Of a stretch of DNA of 64,000 bases, positions 24,681 through 38,457 are shown piece after piece. The translations under genes and the position numbers were made by a program. Where the stretch lies: the NCBI GenBank assembly GCA_001938485.1, contig MQRK01250243.1, forward strand, positions 1 to 64,000, written 5' to 3'. Positions within the stretch are counted from its first letter, which is position 1, and each line of letters begins with the position of its first letter. The DNA is from Girardia tigrina (lineage: Eukaryota). A model generated the notes under the pieces. That model did not search any database. It was not told where the DNA came from and was given only the letters and a program-made list of their open reading frames with translations.

Positions 24681-25454
24681 AAAATTTTTTTGAGAGTTTC
24701 AATATAATATAAAAAGTAAGAAAAAGTGTATAATTTTTATGTGAAACGATTTTAAAAAAGTAATAAAATTAAATGAAACGATTAAATATTTTAAAGTGTT
24801 ATCGTAATTTAAAATTGATTTATAGAAGTAATAGAAAAATCAAATATGAATATTTATAAGTATTTTTATCTATATCGGTTTAAGATTTATAAAACAAATT
24901 GTTTCTGAAAAAAAATTAATAAATTTGTTTAAATATTAGATTTAAACAATTGTTTTGGTAGTATAATAAAAGTTTTATTGTCTGCTACTAATAATTCCGC
25001 AGATGTTCCAAGAACCACTAATAATATCAAAAAGAAATTTTTAATGAAAAAATGAAAACAATTATCATAATCTAGATTTCTCAGTTAATCCTAAAAGTTT
25101 AAGTAATTAATATAACGTTTGGTAGCCGATTTCACTTTTTAAATCTATTGTTCTTATATATAATGTCTTAGCAAATACGAAAAAACTGAAGGTATGAAGG
25201 TATAAAAAATTTTTGAGAGTTTTAATATAATATAAAAAGTAAAAAAAGTGTATAATTTTTATGTGAAACGATTTTAAAAAAGTAATAAAATTAAATGAAA
25301 CGATTAAATATTTTAAAGTGTTATCATAATTTAAAATTGATTTACAGAAGTAATGGAAAAATCAAATATGAATATTTATAAGTATTTTTATCTATATCGG
25401 TTTAAGATTTATAAAACAAATTGTTTCTCAAAAAAAATAATAAATTTGTTTAAA
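24681..25454 (+). repeat. Direct duplication of about 250 bp
   Basis: 24681-24933 near identical to 25204-25454. Confidence 0.9.
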
Positions 25455-26345
25455 CGACACTTATTCTTACAATTGTCTTTTAATATTATTTAAAGGTCTC
25501 ATTTTTTATTTAACATTTGGCTATAATAAAAAAATTGATTGCTGAGTTTTACTGCTGAAATTATTTATTTTGTCGTCAAAAACAACCATAATTATTTGAA
25601 AATATAATATTTTTAGTCGTTGAAATAAGGTTTACACCTAATTAAAACTGTAAAAAAATTCAAAATTAAAACAAATTTGAATTATTTTGTAAATAAAATA
25701 ATAATTGATTTTCAAATCAAATCAAACATTAATTTCAATTTTCGATATGACTTGAATGGTCGAACGTAGTTTAAGTTTTAGGTCAACGATGCGAATGATA
25801 AATGTCTCATACTATCAGCCATGTAGGGTAATGGGTCGTCTAAATATAACGCTATAAAGTATGCCTGATTAAGTTTAATTATATGTTTTCAATCAACTGT
25901 ATGGACCTCATAAAATCTATCACTGAAGTGATTAAATGTTTGTAATTAATAAATAATTCGAAGACAAAATATTAGTTTTTGGATATATTAAATAAAATTA
26001 AATAAATAAATTATATGAAACAAATTAAAGGGTCTTGTAAACAGATAAATAAAATAATAAAAGTTTATTTATTGAACTGTATGAGTTCTCAGCACTCTTT
26101 TTTGTTGTCTATATTTTCGTTTTTTGACAAATCATTCGGTGGATGCAATTTTTATATGATACTAGAGGACTACCAAAGTTGTCTGGGCAACATAGTTTAA
26201 AAAACCAAGGAGTATGCATTTTTTTAATTTGAAACTTGGTCCACCTCTGGTATATACACCCATGGTGAGATGGGTACACCTCTGTTGTGACAAATTGTTA
26301 GTTATGACAAATTGTTAAATATAATAGCCCTATACATAATAATAT

Positions 26346-26825
26346 TGTAAAAGAGCTAACTGAAACTGACGTTTCAAAAAATAATATTAATAAATAAAAA
26401 TATAGAAAAAGATTAAATCTTAATTTAATGAATTTAATTTAACAATATAGAAAAGCTAACAGGGAATCAATCATATAAGATAGTTGATATACGATAATTA
26501 TTCGGATTGCCAACGAGATTTGACACAGACAGACAATTGAGATAGAGAATTTTTTATTTGATGTAGTTATTTGAATTATACGATGATTGAAAGGGAATAG
26601 CGAGTGTCGGGCTCGCGGGATCTTTGCACGAATTATTTAAATGACGACGATTGAGAGGAAATAACGAGTGTCGAGCTCTTTGGATTTGTCGCAATCGGAG
26701 GATTTCTGTTGAATTTGAATTGTTGAATTTGCCGCCAAGATTTTTTAATGGTTGTTTTCATTTAAACAATTTTGAGTATTATTTATCTTTTTCTATATAT
26801 ATTTATTTTATTTATATATACAATT

Positions 26826-26867
<42 letters not shown>

Positions 26868-26897
26868 TATATGTGTGTTAGTGACTAGGTCACTACA
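26346..26897. mobile_element. Solo LTR
   Basis: TGTA..TACA termini with 5-bp TSD AATAT; internal (TA)n. Confidence 0.7.
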
Positions 26898-27454
26898 AAT
26901 ATGAATATGTTAAATATTATAAATATTTATATAATGCTATTTTAAAAAAATAATAATTAATATCAATTAAATGATTATTATTATTTTTATAATTTCATTA
27001 TATAAATAACTAAATATATCTTTAAAGATGGATATTACAGATTTCATTAATCTATCTATTCAAATAATTTCCAGTTGAAATTTTAAAGAGACTTAACCAC
27101 TCTCTGAAATCCCCATCTGGACCTGGAGACACAAGAACTGAAAACTGCGGATATCGGTATTTCGTACTAAACAGATTGTCACACTGCATATGACGAAAAG
27201 CAATTGAAATTGCTTATTCCAGACAAGTCAAATGATATCCAGACTGAGGGTCGGTCGACAACTCAGATCGAGGACTTGCTAGACGACATTCATTAAGTTT
27301 TATTAAACTTTATTAAAATATACTTTTGTAGAAACCTTCCCTCGAATATCTATAAGTTCCCAAATTTTGTTTGCAACCGGTGTGATATTGAGTCTTGTAA
27401 ACGCAAGTTTAATATTTTGAAAATATAATTTGATTAACGCTTCTTTTATATAAT

Positions 27455-27497
27455 TATTGAACATGTTTCGATGTTTCAGACATCATCGTTAACAATA
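27455..27497 (-). ncRNA. Degenerate minimal hammerhead motif downstream of the PLE ORF
   Basis: UAUUG-uUaACGA-U-GAUGU CUGAA ACAUC-GAAA-CAUG-UU-CAAUA; two core mismatches. Confidence 0.6.
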
Positions 27498-29130
27498 TTG
27501 GAACATTTTAATATTTGTATATTTGAATTTTTTTTCATAAAGAAATATAATTTTAAAATTTTATTAATTTTAAATCTTAAAAATTATTATGAATATTATA
27601 ATTTATTAAAATATTATTGTATAATAAGGACAAAAAATATTTTAATTAAAAATTATAAGTTTTGAAATGGCCTTACTTTGCCCATTCTGAATGTTAATTG
27701 ATAGGTTGTAGTGTATTATTAATGGAGATTCACAAAAATGCCGTTCGTATTGTGAATCGAATCCCTTTTGTAGAAAAGAAAAATCACCTTTTGAAATGGA
27801 TGAGGTTCTATCCGTATAACACAAAAATGGTCAAGAACCTTACTCGATTGACCCTTTTGCGAGGGCTCACTAATCCGAATTTGGAGATGACGATTTGTCT
27901 CTCGTGAAAATTAAATTTATGTACTCGATTAGCTTGCAATCCACGAACTGTTTTCGATTTATTTGAGGGAAAACTTTGAACTTTGGATGGGACAGAGACT
28001 ACTTTGGCACTACTTATTGTTCTACAAATACTCTTCTTAACAGCTCTAAATCCTTCAGAATATGATATTTTAATGGTTTGTTTGTTTTCTTCAATATTTT
28101 CTTCTTTTAATTTTTTCTTAACCCGTGCATCTGTAAATAATTTGTCTAATGTTAACCTAATGTTATCTGTAACCTATTTGCTTGTTTGTATACATATTGT
28201 CCCTCAAGCGCCCTCTAAGTATATTTAAACCCTGATTTGCGATTTTAAAATTTGACGATAAATTCCAAACTCTGTGAACAAGGCCTTTTATCATACCATC
28301 TCTATATAATTTTTCTCCAAAAAACTCTGTGGTGTTGTGTAAAAACCTATATCTGTTACCTTTCTGAATTATTCAGTTTTATAACGTCCATTCATCTTAG
28401 TGGCAAGAATGTCCAGAAATTAATCATGATGTATAAAACATTGAAACATTTTCAATAATTATATAAAAGTAGCTTTAATTAAATTATATTTTCAAAATAT
28501 GTTTAATACAAAGACAAACATTTGTATATAACAGTATTTTGTCTCCAACCTGACTGACAGCAAGTGTGCTTTAAAAATTTGTTTTGGTGTACTGCCCAAG
28601 GTAAATTTTGTTAGATTGATTTTATCGATTTCATAGTTTTTAGAAATGGTATTCTGAACATGTTCAAATAATGTAATTAGGTGATCAAAATATAAATTTG
28701 TCACCAATCGGAGAATAGCAGAAAAATATTAAACCCACTAAATACTTATAGGCAATATATTTTAGTAAATAGAAAAAATCATTAAAAAAATACTACACAA
28801 ATAAAAAAATCCATTGATATTAAAAAATATCGTTCGGTACTGTCCCCAGGTTTCCTTAGAGACTGATCAGTTGTAGCAGAGACACAGCTGATTTGAAGCA
28901 CGAGTATTTCGTACTGGACCCAGTTATAAATATTGTTCAGACAGATCATCATTTGGTTCAAGTGAAAGTCTTTTCTTATCACAAATATCGTGTCAAATCA
29001 CATAAACGATTACAAAACTCATTTCTTTACAATCTAGTAAAAATATTCAAATCGTTTCACAATTGTAATTTTACAAAAAATCAAATAGTTTCCCAATTGC
29101 AATCCCACAAAAACAAAAACTGAAATCATT
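27455..29130 (-). mobile_element. Degenerate Penelope-like retroelement (RT remnant, thumb, GIY-YIG)
   Basis: RKVTDIG..YRDGMIKGLVHRVWNLSS..DNMY (PLE thumb), ISYSEGF linker, C-terminal DFSFL..ERHFCES..INIQ; 5' boundary approximate. Confidence 0.8.
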
Positions 29131-29440
29131 AATCAGATTTTAAAGTGATTTAATTCATTTAATTTTTGTGCCTTTGACAAAGCTATCGCTGATTGGTTCA
29201 CCAAATATTCTCCAATTAGGCCTATTACAGACACACCAGCTCATTTAAGAATCAACTGAATCATATAACTGGATTTTGATGATCATCACTTTCCCAAACA
29301 AAGAAGTCTTGTTTTGGATTCAAATCCTTGACAACAAAAATTCAAATTATTTTATTTTAATTTAAATATTTAATTAATTCTTTAATTTCTTATTTTTTTA
29401 ATTAATCATATTTCATAGTATATATATATATATATATATA

Positions 29441-31305
29441 GTCGTGGCCATAATTTACCGGCCACCCTTGCATTTTAAAGAAAATTAATATCTACGTTCA
29501 TATGTGTGTAAGTGCATGTAAATAATGTTCTTAACCGACATCCAATAAGAATACAGCTTTAGAAGCATACCCAATATATATTTGTGTCAAATTTTTGTGA
29601 CTATTCCAACATGACTGGCAACCAACTTTTACCCACTCTCAAGGCACAAATCGTCGCTTTACACGACACTGGAGTCTTGAACCGTACAATTGCCTTGCTA
29701 TTCAATATTAGCCGCGCTGAAATAGCTGACACTCTTCGTCTTCATCAAGCCACCGGTGCCTTTGCCTATACGAAACGCAGTGAAAGGCCGCATATCACAA
29801 GAAAGGTGACAGATCGAGCCATTTTGAGATCCTATAAGATCAATCCATTTGCTGGTTCCCGTGCAATTCAAGCTGATCTTCCAGCTAACAATGATAAATT
29901 ACCTAGTGCACGAATCATTCGTCGACATCTGGTTGAAGGACACTTTCGATCGTACAAGCCTGCCAAGAAACCGCGTTTATCGTCGAAAAATATCCGTGAT
30001 AGGCTTGCGTTTGCAAAAGCTTACCAATATTGGACAATTGATCAATTGCGTTCGATGATGTTCAGTGATGAAACCACAATCTTTCAGCAAGACATATGGA
30101 TCCGCACGGTGCGCCGACCGTCTGGTCACTGCTTTAGGCTACAGTACACTGTTCCCATTGTGATTTTGGGCGCAATTGCTGCCGGAGGTCGCTGCGGTCT
30201 TTGCTTCTGTCCCAAGGGAACTACTATCGATTCGCATGTGTACAACGGCATTCTTCGCGATAAGGTCCAACGCTTCTTTCAAATGTGTCAGTGCAATTAT
30301 TTCCAACATGACGGGGCTCCATGCTATCAGTCGCGACTAAACAAAACTTGATTAGAAGCAAACGAGATCAACGTTCTGGGTCCATGGCCTGGCAACTCAC
30401 CTGATTAATCACTGATTGAAAATTGTTGGATAATATATATTATAAAAGCCCAAGTCACTGCCTGCCTGCCTGCTTCACTAACGCACTTACGTAATAATTG
30501 CTGACGTAATAATAGTATTATTTGTTGAAAAATAAATGTGAAAAAATATCAATTTATTATGAAAAATTCTGTATTTAATGTGAAAAAATATTAATTTATT
30601 ATGAAAAATTCTGTATTTNNNNNNNNNNNNNNNNNNNNNNNNNNNNNNNNNNNNNNNNNNNNNNNNNNNNNNNNNNNNNNNNNNNNNNNNNNNNNNNNNN
30701 NNNNNNNNNNNNNNNNNNNNNNNNNNNNNNNNNNNNNNNNNNNNNNNNNNNNNNNNNNNNNNNNNNNNNNNNNNNNNNNNNNNNNNNNNNNNNNNNNNNN
30801 NNNNNNNNNNNNNNNNNNNNNNNNNNNNNNNNNNNNNNNNNNNNNNNNNNNNNNNNNNNNNNNNNNNNACCTTACAGCATTAGTGAGGCAGTGAGGCAGG
30901 CAGTGAGTGACTTGGGCTTTTATAATATAAAAAAAATTGAACCCCCGGCAAGAGAGGGCCGCGAAGCGGGCCGAGCGCGCTAGTAGTGAAAGAAAAGGTT
31001 GCTAAGCATGCCCCCACATCATATGATGATCTACTTGACGTGATTAAACGTGTTTGGGTACAGGAGATCAACACGGAACTCACTGACAATATAATTGCGT
31101 CAATGCCACGCCGATTGGTAGAAGTGATTAATGCAAAAGGTGGTATATACAAAGTACTAGTGGAAGAGTATTTGAACTATGCATCCATGTCTGTATTCTA
31201 CTTATAATTTGTATGTACTGAATATATCCTTAATACTTTGTTACAATATCAGTTAGTCAAAAATATCATTATTTTTAGGAGTTGCTGGTGAATTATGGCC
31301 ACGAC
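29441..31305 (+). mobile_element. Tc1-family transposon with DD35E spacing, pseudogene
   Basis: TIR GTCGTGGCCATAATT(T/C)ACC within (TA)n; FSDE, FQHDGAPC, WPGNSPD*SLIENCW; C-terminus resumes at 30984. Confidence 0.92.
30434..30983 (+). mobile_element. Non-autonomous Helitron nested in the Tc1 transposase
   Basis: Inserted at A|T with no TSD; 3' hairpin GGCCGCGAAGCGGGCC then CTAG; subterminal inverted repeats TATAAAAGCCCAAGTCACT; spans a gap. Confidence 0.8.
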
Positions 31306-32254
31306 TATATATATATATATATATATGCAATCAAAACCCTAATAAAATAGATCGATAATGTTCTTAAAAATGATTCTTTATTTGGAGCAAGTCGGAGGCA
31401 AAACTATAAATAAAGTTGATAATGTACTATAATTTTAATTGTAATTCTGAAAATAATATCGTATTATAAAAAAATTTCGATAAAAAATTGAGAAAGCCTC
31501 CATCTAGAACTTTTGAAAAGTGCAGTTTCCTATGTCACTTATGTCTTGAATTGGACCTGACTAACAGTATAGAAAAAATTTATTGGCAATCTTTCAGTGA
31601 AAAGGAAATGATTTATTAGGATATGGAGAATTAATTGGTCTTTGGTTTGATTTCCTTTTTTAAATATGTGTAATTTAAGATCATTTATTTTATTAAATTA
31701 TGATAAAAAATAAAATTGTTCTATATCTATTGTTTGTAAAAAAATGGACTGTGAAATAGTAATTATTAATTATCGTAATTAAATAAAAATAAAAGTTATT
31801 CACTTATTTTTAATTATTATTTAATCATTCTTAAAATTTATATCATATTAAAATATCTAACATTTTTTTAATATTATTTATCAATAAGTATTTTGCATTT
31901 TAATTAAAATTTTAATTATTAGATTTTCGAAAATATAATGTATTTAATTAATTTTAACCAATCATAAACGAAAACAATTTCTTTTTAAAGTTTTATTGAG
32001 ATTATAATATTTATAAAAAGAAATTTTGTCGATTAATATTTTTCCGTATTAATAAAAAAATAGTTAAAATGTTGGGAATTAATTAATTTTAAATATCTCT
32101 AAAAATATATTCTATCAAGTAAAAATTAAGCCCCGGTGGAGTAATTTCACTTGTGTAATTTTAAGTTGTTTACACTTTATTTGTATTACAATTATTGTGA
32201 TTTTTCCTAATTAAGGTCTTATAACTTACGTTTAATATAATTTACTAGAGTTAA

Positions 32255-32478
32255 CCCCTTTACCGTGGAAAAAAAATTTTTTTTGGAAACTGTGTAATTG
32301 TTTTCTTTCATTATTTGATTTGTTATGTTGTCCTGCTTTTTTTTGTATCAGGATGAGTAAACTCGGGACGCACGGCACACAGACGACTTTTATATATCTG
32401 AAGACGAGTTAACTCGTGATGTACGGTTAAGCCCAAGATTTCATATGTCGAGTTAACTCGTGACACACGGTAAAGGGG
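32255..32478. mobile_element. piggyBac-type MITE
   Basis: 13-bp TIR CCCCTTTACCGTG, TTAA TSD, internal GAGTTAACTCG repeats. Confidence 0.9.
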
Positions 32479-33493
32479 TTAATAGTTTTACATTCGGATG
32501 TTTACCTTTTAAATCGTATTTTCGCAATTATATAAATATGACTTGTGAAGTCTATTTTACCAAAAGTTCTACTGAAAACGTTTTGTAATTATTATTATAT
32601 ATGAAAGATGAAAAAACAGAGAAACCATTTCTGAAACAAGCAGGTATCACGCTATGGAGGATGTGCTACATGAGAAGTTTGTTAAAAATTTATCTCGCCA
32701 AATTGTTTTTTGAGAAAATACAAAATTGCAGAAGGTAATTTAAACTACAAAAATTATTTAATAATGCGATTGAATAATTCAAAAATCCAAAAAGTTAAAT
32801 CAATGTTTCATTGAATTCCGCGTAAAAGAAATATAATCACATTTTAAAATATTAATTTAAAATAATAAAATTATAATAATTCTAAAATTTTAAAATGAAA
32901 AAAATATTGACTAAAGAATTTAAATTGGAAAAAAGAATATAGTTTTTTTTAAAAAAAGAGAAACGAAAAAAATATCTTGGAAAGAAGTTTTTGAAGAAAA
33001 GGATCAGAAAATTTTTTTAATCAAATAAAAATTTACGATCATGACTTATAATATTGAAGACGATATAAACACAATTAATGTCTTCAAGTTCTTAAAGGTG
33101 AACAAAGAATAATATATTTCATTTTTATATAATAGTAGCATTAAACTATGTACGTATTATAAAATAATTGTTTTAATAAAACAGGGTTTTGTTCTTTTAC
33201 CCTCGAGTATCACCGCAAAGGAGTGACTATTTAAGAATGATTAATCGAATTAGGAAAGCATATTATAATTTCCTTTTCTAATGCCATCTACGTTTCGAGA
33301 ATTTTCAGAAAATGTAGAAGCAAATATTTAAATAAGGTCATATCTGTCTTCGAGGTAATGGCATGACAGATTTAGGACTGGAAACCTCGCGCCTTCTTTC
33401 AGGTATTAAGCCTAAAGGCTTTTTATGTGGACATGGGACGCTCATACCATTTTCCCTATGCAAGGATTGACATGGTACTGTTCCACCGGTTAA

Positions 33494-34110
33494 CCCTCAA
33501 AATACGCCAATAAAAAATAACGTTATATACGACTGGGGTCTTATGTGACCCCAATAGGAAACTGGAGATCTATATTGGTTTTAGTGCAAGTTAGTCCCGT
33601 ATGTGACTCGAGAACAATCTTTTTGTACATTTAATATCCCTTGCTATGGTCTATACAAAAGATCAAAAACATTTCCACAGACGAAAAATACTTTTATTGA
33701 TTGCAGGTCAAACACTTCACTATACGATGTGACTTACACACCTCTCTTTGACAAGATAGTTACCAATCCGGCCACTTTCTGTCTTGTTCCCGAGGGCATA
33801 GGTAACAGCGGCTACTTTTGGTTCCTATCCCAACTTCTGCCGTGACAATAACGGTTGCAGGCATTGGTTGACTTAAAGAGGAAGGCAACATTGATTTTGA
33901 CAGTTCTCTGAAGAAGAGTCGTCGTCGATGTGGTACATTCATCTGATACTGCGGATGAAAATGCACAAACAAAACCATTGCATTGTACGCCATGACGTCC
34001 AGCAAGTTGCAGAAGAATGCACGTGGCCACCGCAATGTTTTCCTTTTGCAATTGTCCACGCTTCCCTTATACTGGTTTTAGTCCAGAATGACTTATGGCT
34101 TTCAATGAGT
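33494..34110 (-). mobile_element. piggyBac 3' end with transposase C-terminus
   Basis: RKTLRWP..F..LLD...NA and RCYLCP cysteine-rich domain; end TTAA|CCCT. Confidence 0.85.
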
Positions 34111-34121
34111 CTCAGGTGAAA

Positions 34122-34192
34122 CGGTACGTGACGTTTAGTCGCCAGAAAATTAGTCGCCGGAAAATCATTCGCGGGAAAATTAGTCGCCGGAT
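34122..34192. repeat. 15-bp tandem array (GAAAATTAGTCGCCG), probable MULE TIR
   Basis: About 4 units at the junction between the piggyBac and Gypsy fragments. Confidence 0.5.
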
Positions 34193-35573
34193 GTTAATAA
34201 ATAATATAATGAATAATATTTTAAATGTTATGTACGTCGCTGTATATAGTATTATGTTCTTTTTCATTTTAAATTGAGATTTTTTTATTTTAAAATGAGT
34301 TTTATTCAATTAAAATTCAGATTTTCAATGTCCTAGAATTATAAAAGTAAAGAAAATGAAACATTCTCAATTTTATAGGAAAAAAGTCCTTTTAAAATAA
34401 AAAATCTCAGTTTAAAAGGAAAAAATCTTAATGGATCCTATAATTAGATCTTAAACCTTATTGCACTAGCCAAGACCAAGATACGAAGAGAGAATGATCG
34501 AAGAACCAAGAAGAAATTTTAATGCGAGAAGGATCATATGTCGGGCCTGTCATGAAGAAGGGCATGTGAGACGGGAATGTCCAAATGTTAAATGCAACTA
34601 TTGTAATAAGAAAGGGCATGTAAGAACACAATGTTATTAGAATCGAAACGGATTTAGAGAGCGCGAACAATCTAGAAGAGAAGATACAAGGAATAGAAGA
34701 AATGACCGGAAGGAATACACAAAAACACAGTACAGAGGTCATATGGGATATACGAATAGAAGAGATCAAGTAGCAAATTTAGAAGACTTCGACGACGACT
34801 GCGAAAGAATGTAGGAAAAATCGAATAAAAGAGGAAGTCTAACAAAAAGAGAAGATATTACAAATAAGAAAAATGTCAGAGACGAACAGGGAAACGAGTA
34901 GGCACGATCACAGGGAGAAGTGATCATTGCACTTAACTAAGAAACGAATGCATGTGTATGTTTAACTGTATGAATGATTGTTTGTATGATGACGTATGTT
35001 ATGTATGGATGCTGTTGAAAATATTCCTCGGGAATTGTGTATATTAGATAATGAAAACAAAATACCTAATGAGAAATGTAACAGTTTGATCACAGAAAAA
35101 AGATGAAGAAAGAAAGACAGATATAATGAAAATATCAAAGTTTAAAATAGAATACGAAGAACTGAAAGGGAGACCAAGTATATAATTTCAAATAAAGAAT
35201 AGAAAAGTACGATGTTTATTGAATACGAGAGCACGAGTCAATGTAATTAAAGTAGACATACTCAAAATTATGGAAAATATCAAAATAAAGGAGACAAAAA
35301 GACGAATACACTGTTGCTAACGATTCGGAACTAGTTAATTACGGAATAGTACAACTAAAGATTAAGATTGAAAGAATACAAAAAACAGTGGACTTTTTTG
35401 TAGTAAAAGATTTAGAACCCGAAATGATTGCAGGAATGGATTTTTTTTAAATAAATTCAGCATAAAACTAAAGAAAGAAACAGGATACAACGAAGGAGTG
35501 CTGGTAATACACGATACTTTAACTGATGGAGACAGACTTAAAAGAATAAGGGAAACATACGTAGATAAAATAG

Positions 35574-38100
35574 ATGAAATTAATGAAATTACTAATAGAA
35601 TATAAAAATATATTTATGACGGACAAATGGGATATCGAGAAGACCAAAATAACTAAGCATAAAATTGAAACGCAAGGAGAACCAATACTGGTAAAACCGT
35701 ACCGACAGCCAAGATACTTTGAAGAAAAACTAGATGATATTATCAAGAATTATGAGGAAAATGATATCATTGAAAAATACAGTTCACCGTAGAACTTTCC
35801 CCTAGTGTGCGTATGGAAAAAGACAAAGTGGATATTCGAGTATGGGTTGAATTTCGACAATTAAATAAAGTCACAATCAGACCAGCATTTCTAATGCCAA
35901 ATGTAGAAGAAATGCTAAATACATTAAATGGAGCGAAGTACTTTAGCACGATCGACTTGGGAAACGCATATCATCAAGTTGAATTGGAGAAAGATTCAAA
36001 ATTAAAAACTTCATTTTCGACAAAGAACGGCCAATATTGTTTTAAAAGAATGCCATTCGGAATTGCATCTGCCCCAGTGACATTTCAAGAACTAATGACA
36101 AGAGTGTTAGGAGAATTAAACTGGAAAGAAGCAGTTGTATACCTGGACGACATGCTAATCTTCGCAAAAGACAAAGAAGAACATTTCAGACAAGCCGAAC
36201 ACATATTTCAAAAGATTAAAGATTCGGGGCTTCGGATAAACCCTGAAAAGTGCCAGTTCCTGGTAGAAAATACAAAATTTTTAGGATATGTCATGAACAA
36301 AGATGGTCTAGAGACGGATAAAACGAAAATTGAAACAATCAAAAAATTTCAAAATCTTTCATGCATTAAACATTTAAGAAGTTTCTTGGGGTTAAAGAAC
36401 TATTATAGAAAATTTTTGAAGGATTGTGCAAAATATTCAAAAATACTGGAATGGCTATGTGGAAAAAATAAAGATAAAAAATTGACATGGACAAAGGAAT
36501 GTGACGAAGCATTTCAGACATTAAAAGATAAAATGACAAAAACACCGATCTTAGCATATCCAGATTTCGAAAAGGAGTTTATACTGGATACAGACGCCAG
36601 TTTTGATACAATCGGGGCAGTACTGGCACAGAAGGATGCATACGGAAGGGAAAGAGTAATCGCATATGGATCCCACAAGATGAACAAACACGAACTGGGA
36701 TACTGTATTACAAGAAAGGAATTATTAGCAATCTATTACTTCACCCAACACTTCAAACATTTCTTATATGAAAAGAAGTGTCTACTTAGAACGGAGCATA
36801 AGGCCATCAAATTCATGATGACAACGAAGAACCCAATAACTCCACAATTCCAAACATGGATAAACTTCCTTAGTGGACTAGACATGAGGATGGAATACCG
36901 CAAGGGCGAAAAACACACTAATGCAGACACAATGTCTAGAAATACACGTAAACTATGTGTATAATGTCAGACAATGCACGATGACGCTAAAAAAGGAAAA
37001 GTTAAAACTAGAATCCTTGCCTTAACTGAAGATTTAGAAGAGTTCATTTGGCAAACGAATGATAAAGAAATAGAACAGATTAAAGAAAATATTAGAATGG
37101 GAAATGCAAAAGAATGGTTTCTAAAAATCAATATCGTGACGAGAAGAGATAACAAATATTGGATCCCTCTGAAGAAGAGAACATACTTTATAGAAGATAT
37201 ACATAAAATGTTTTGCCACGCAGGAAGTAAGAAAGTTGACAATTACATAAAAGATGACTTCGATATCTATGAAATGAGACAACAAATAAAGAACATCGTG
37301 CAAAGTTGCGCAAACTGCCAGAAAAGGAAGACACTGTCGGCAAAAACGAAAGAGAAACACATTAAACAATCTGCCGACGAACAATTTCAAAAATTTTACA
37401 TGGACTTTTGCGGACCATTCAGGACTATGAATGGATACCAATATATTTTAGCAATAATCGATCAATTTAGTAGGTACATCAGCTTGACCGCAGTGGCACA
37501 CCAAGACGAGAAAACTACACGGAAGGTAACATATGATAAATTGATTTGGAAATTCGGACCACCAAAGGAGATACACGTTGATAGAGGGAAAACTTTTGAA
37601 TCAGCACTCTTTAAAGAAACGACGAAAAGATTTAAGACGGAGATAGTCTATTCAAGTCCTCATCACCACAACACTAACGGAATCATTGAAAGACAATTCA
37701 GAACAATAAGAGACTTCATAAATATACGATTAAAGGATGAAATGCATAGAGATTGGGTACAAATGTTGGCAGAAATAGAATTCATGTTAAACGGTACAAT
37801 TCAAGCAACAACTGGATATCTCCAGCCGAGATAATCTTCGGAAGAAAACTACGACATTGATGGAAAACTACAGCAGAAGGAAAAAGTGGAGAAAAAGAAA
37901 ATAAAAATATAATTGAAACAAAGCAAATATTTCAGGTCGGAGATAAAGTCTTGATAAAGAAAGTTAATACATTAAAAGATGATGACTGTTATATGGGACC
38001 AGCTAAAATTATAAAGCAAAGACACGAAGGAAGTTATGAGATACAACTAAAGGACGGCAGGATTTTGATCAGAAATGTAGAATGACTAAAGCCATTTAAA
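35574..38100 (+). pseudogene. Gypsy pol (RT-RNase H-integrase) with stops and frameshifts
   Basis: ORFs 35574-35792, 35807-36964 (YLDD, TDAS, NAD), 36974-37834 (HHCC, MDF..VDRG..NGIIER). Confidence 0.92.
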
Positions 38101-38418
38101 CCGAGGGGATGTAAGGAATATTTTAAATTGTTCGAATGTGTAAATATATGGATGCTATATGTTGATTTAAGTATGTTGAATTTAGAAGGGTGATTCTCCC
38201 ACCCAAATAGAAATTGGTATTTTTTATTAAATTTAAAGGATTGACTATTCGAACATAATTAAAATAGTAATTTGATAAGTTCATATTTTTAATTTCAAAT
38301 TAAAATTAAGTTTAATAATTTTTAGTAAAATTTAAATAAAATGTATTTTTAATAATTTGAAAAAAGATGGCAATTTTTTATTAAAAGCAAATAAACGCCA
38401 TTTAAAAATATATTTTAG

Positions 38419-38457
38419 GATAATATATTTCGACGGTTTAACCGTCATCATCAGATC
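38419..38457 (-). ncRNA. Minimal type I hammerhead ribozyme
   Basis: GAU-CUGAUGA-U-GACGGU UAA ACCGUC-GAAA-UAUA-UU-AUC; perfect 6-bp stem II, palindromic stem III. Confidence 0.8.

Noticed and set aside
27642-28130. Minus-strand spliced host exons
   Set aside because: The translation is the Penelope thumb, linker and GIY-YIG; the splice-like sites are incidental
32398-32425. Hammerhead-like CTGAAGA-CGAG TTAA CTCG
   Set aside because: No GAAA or stem III; it is an internal MITE palindrome
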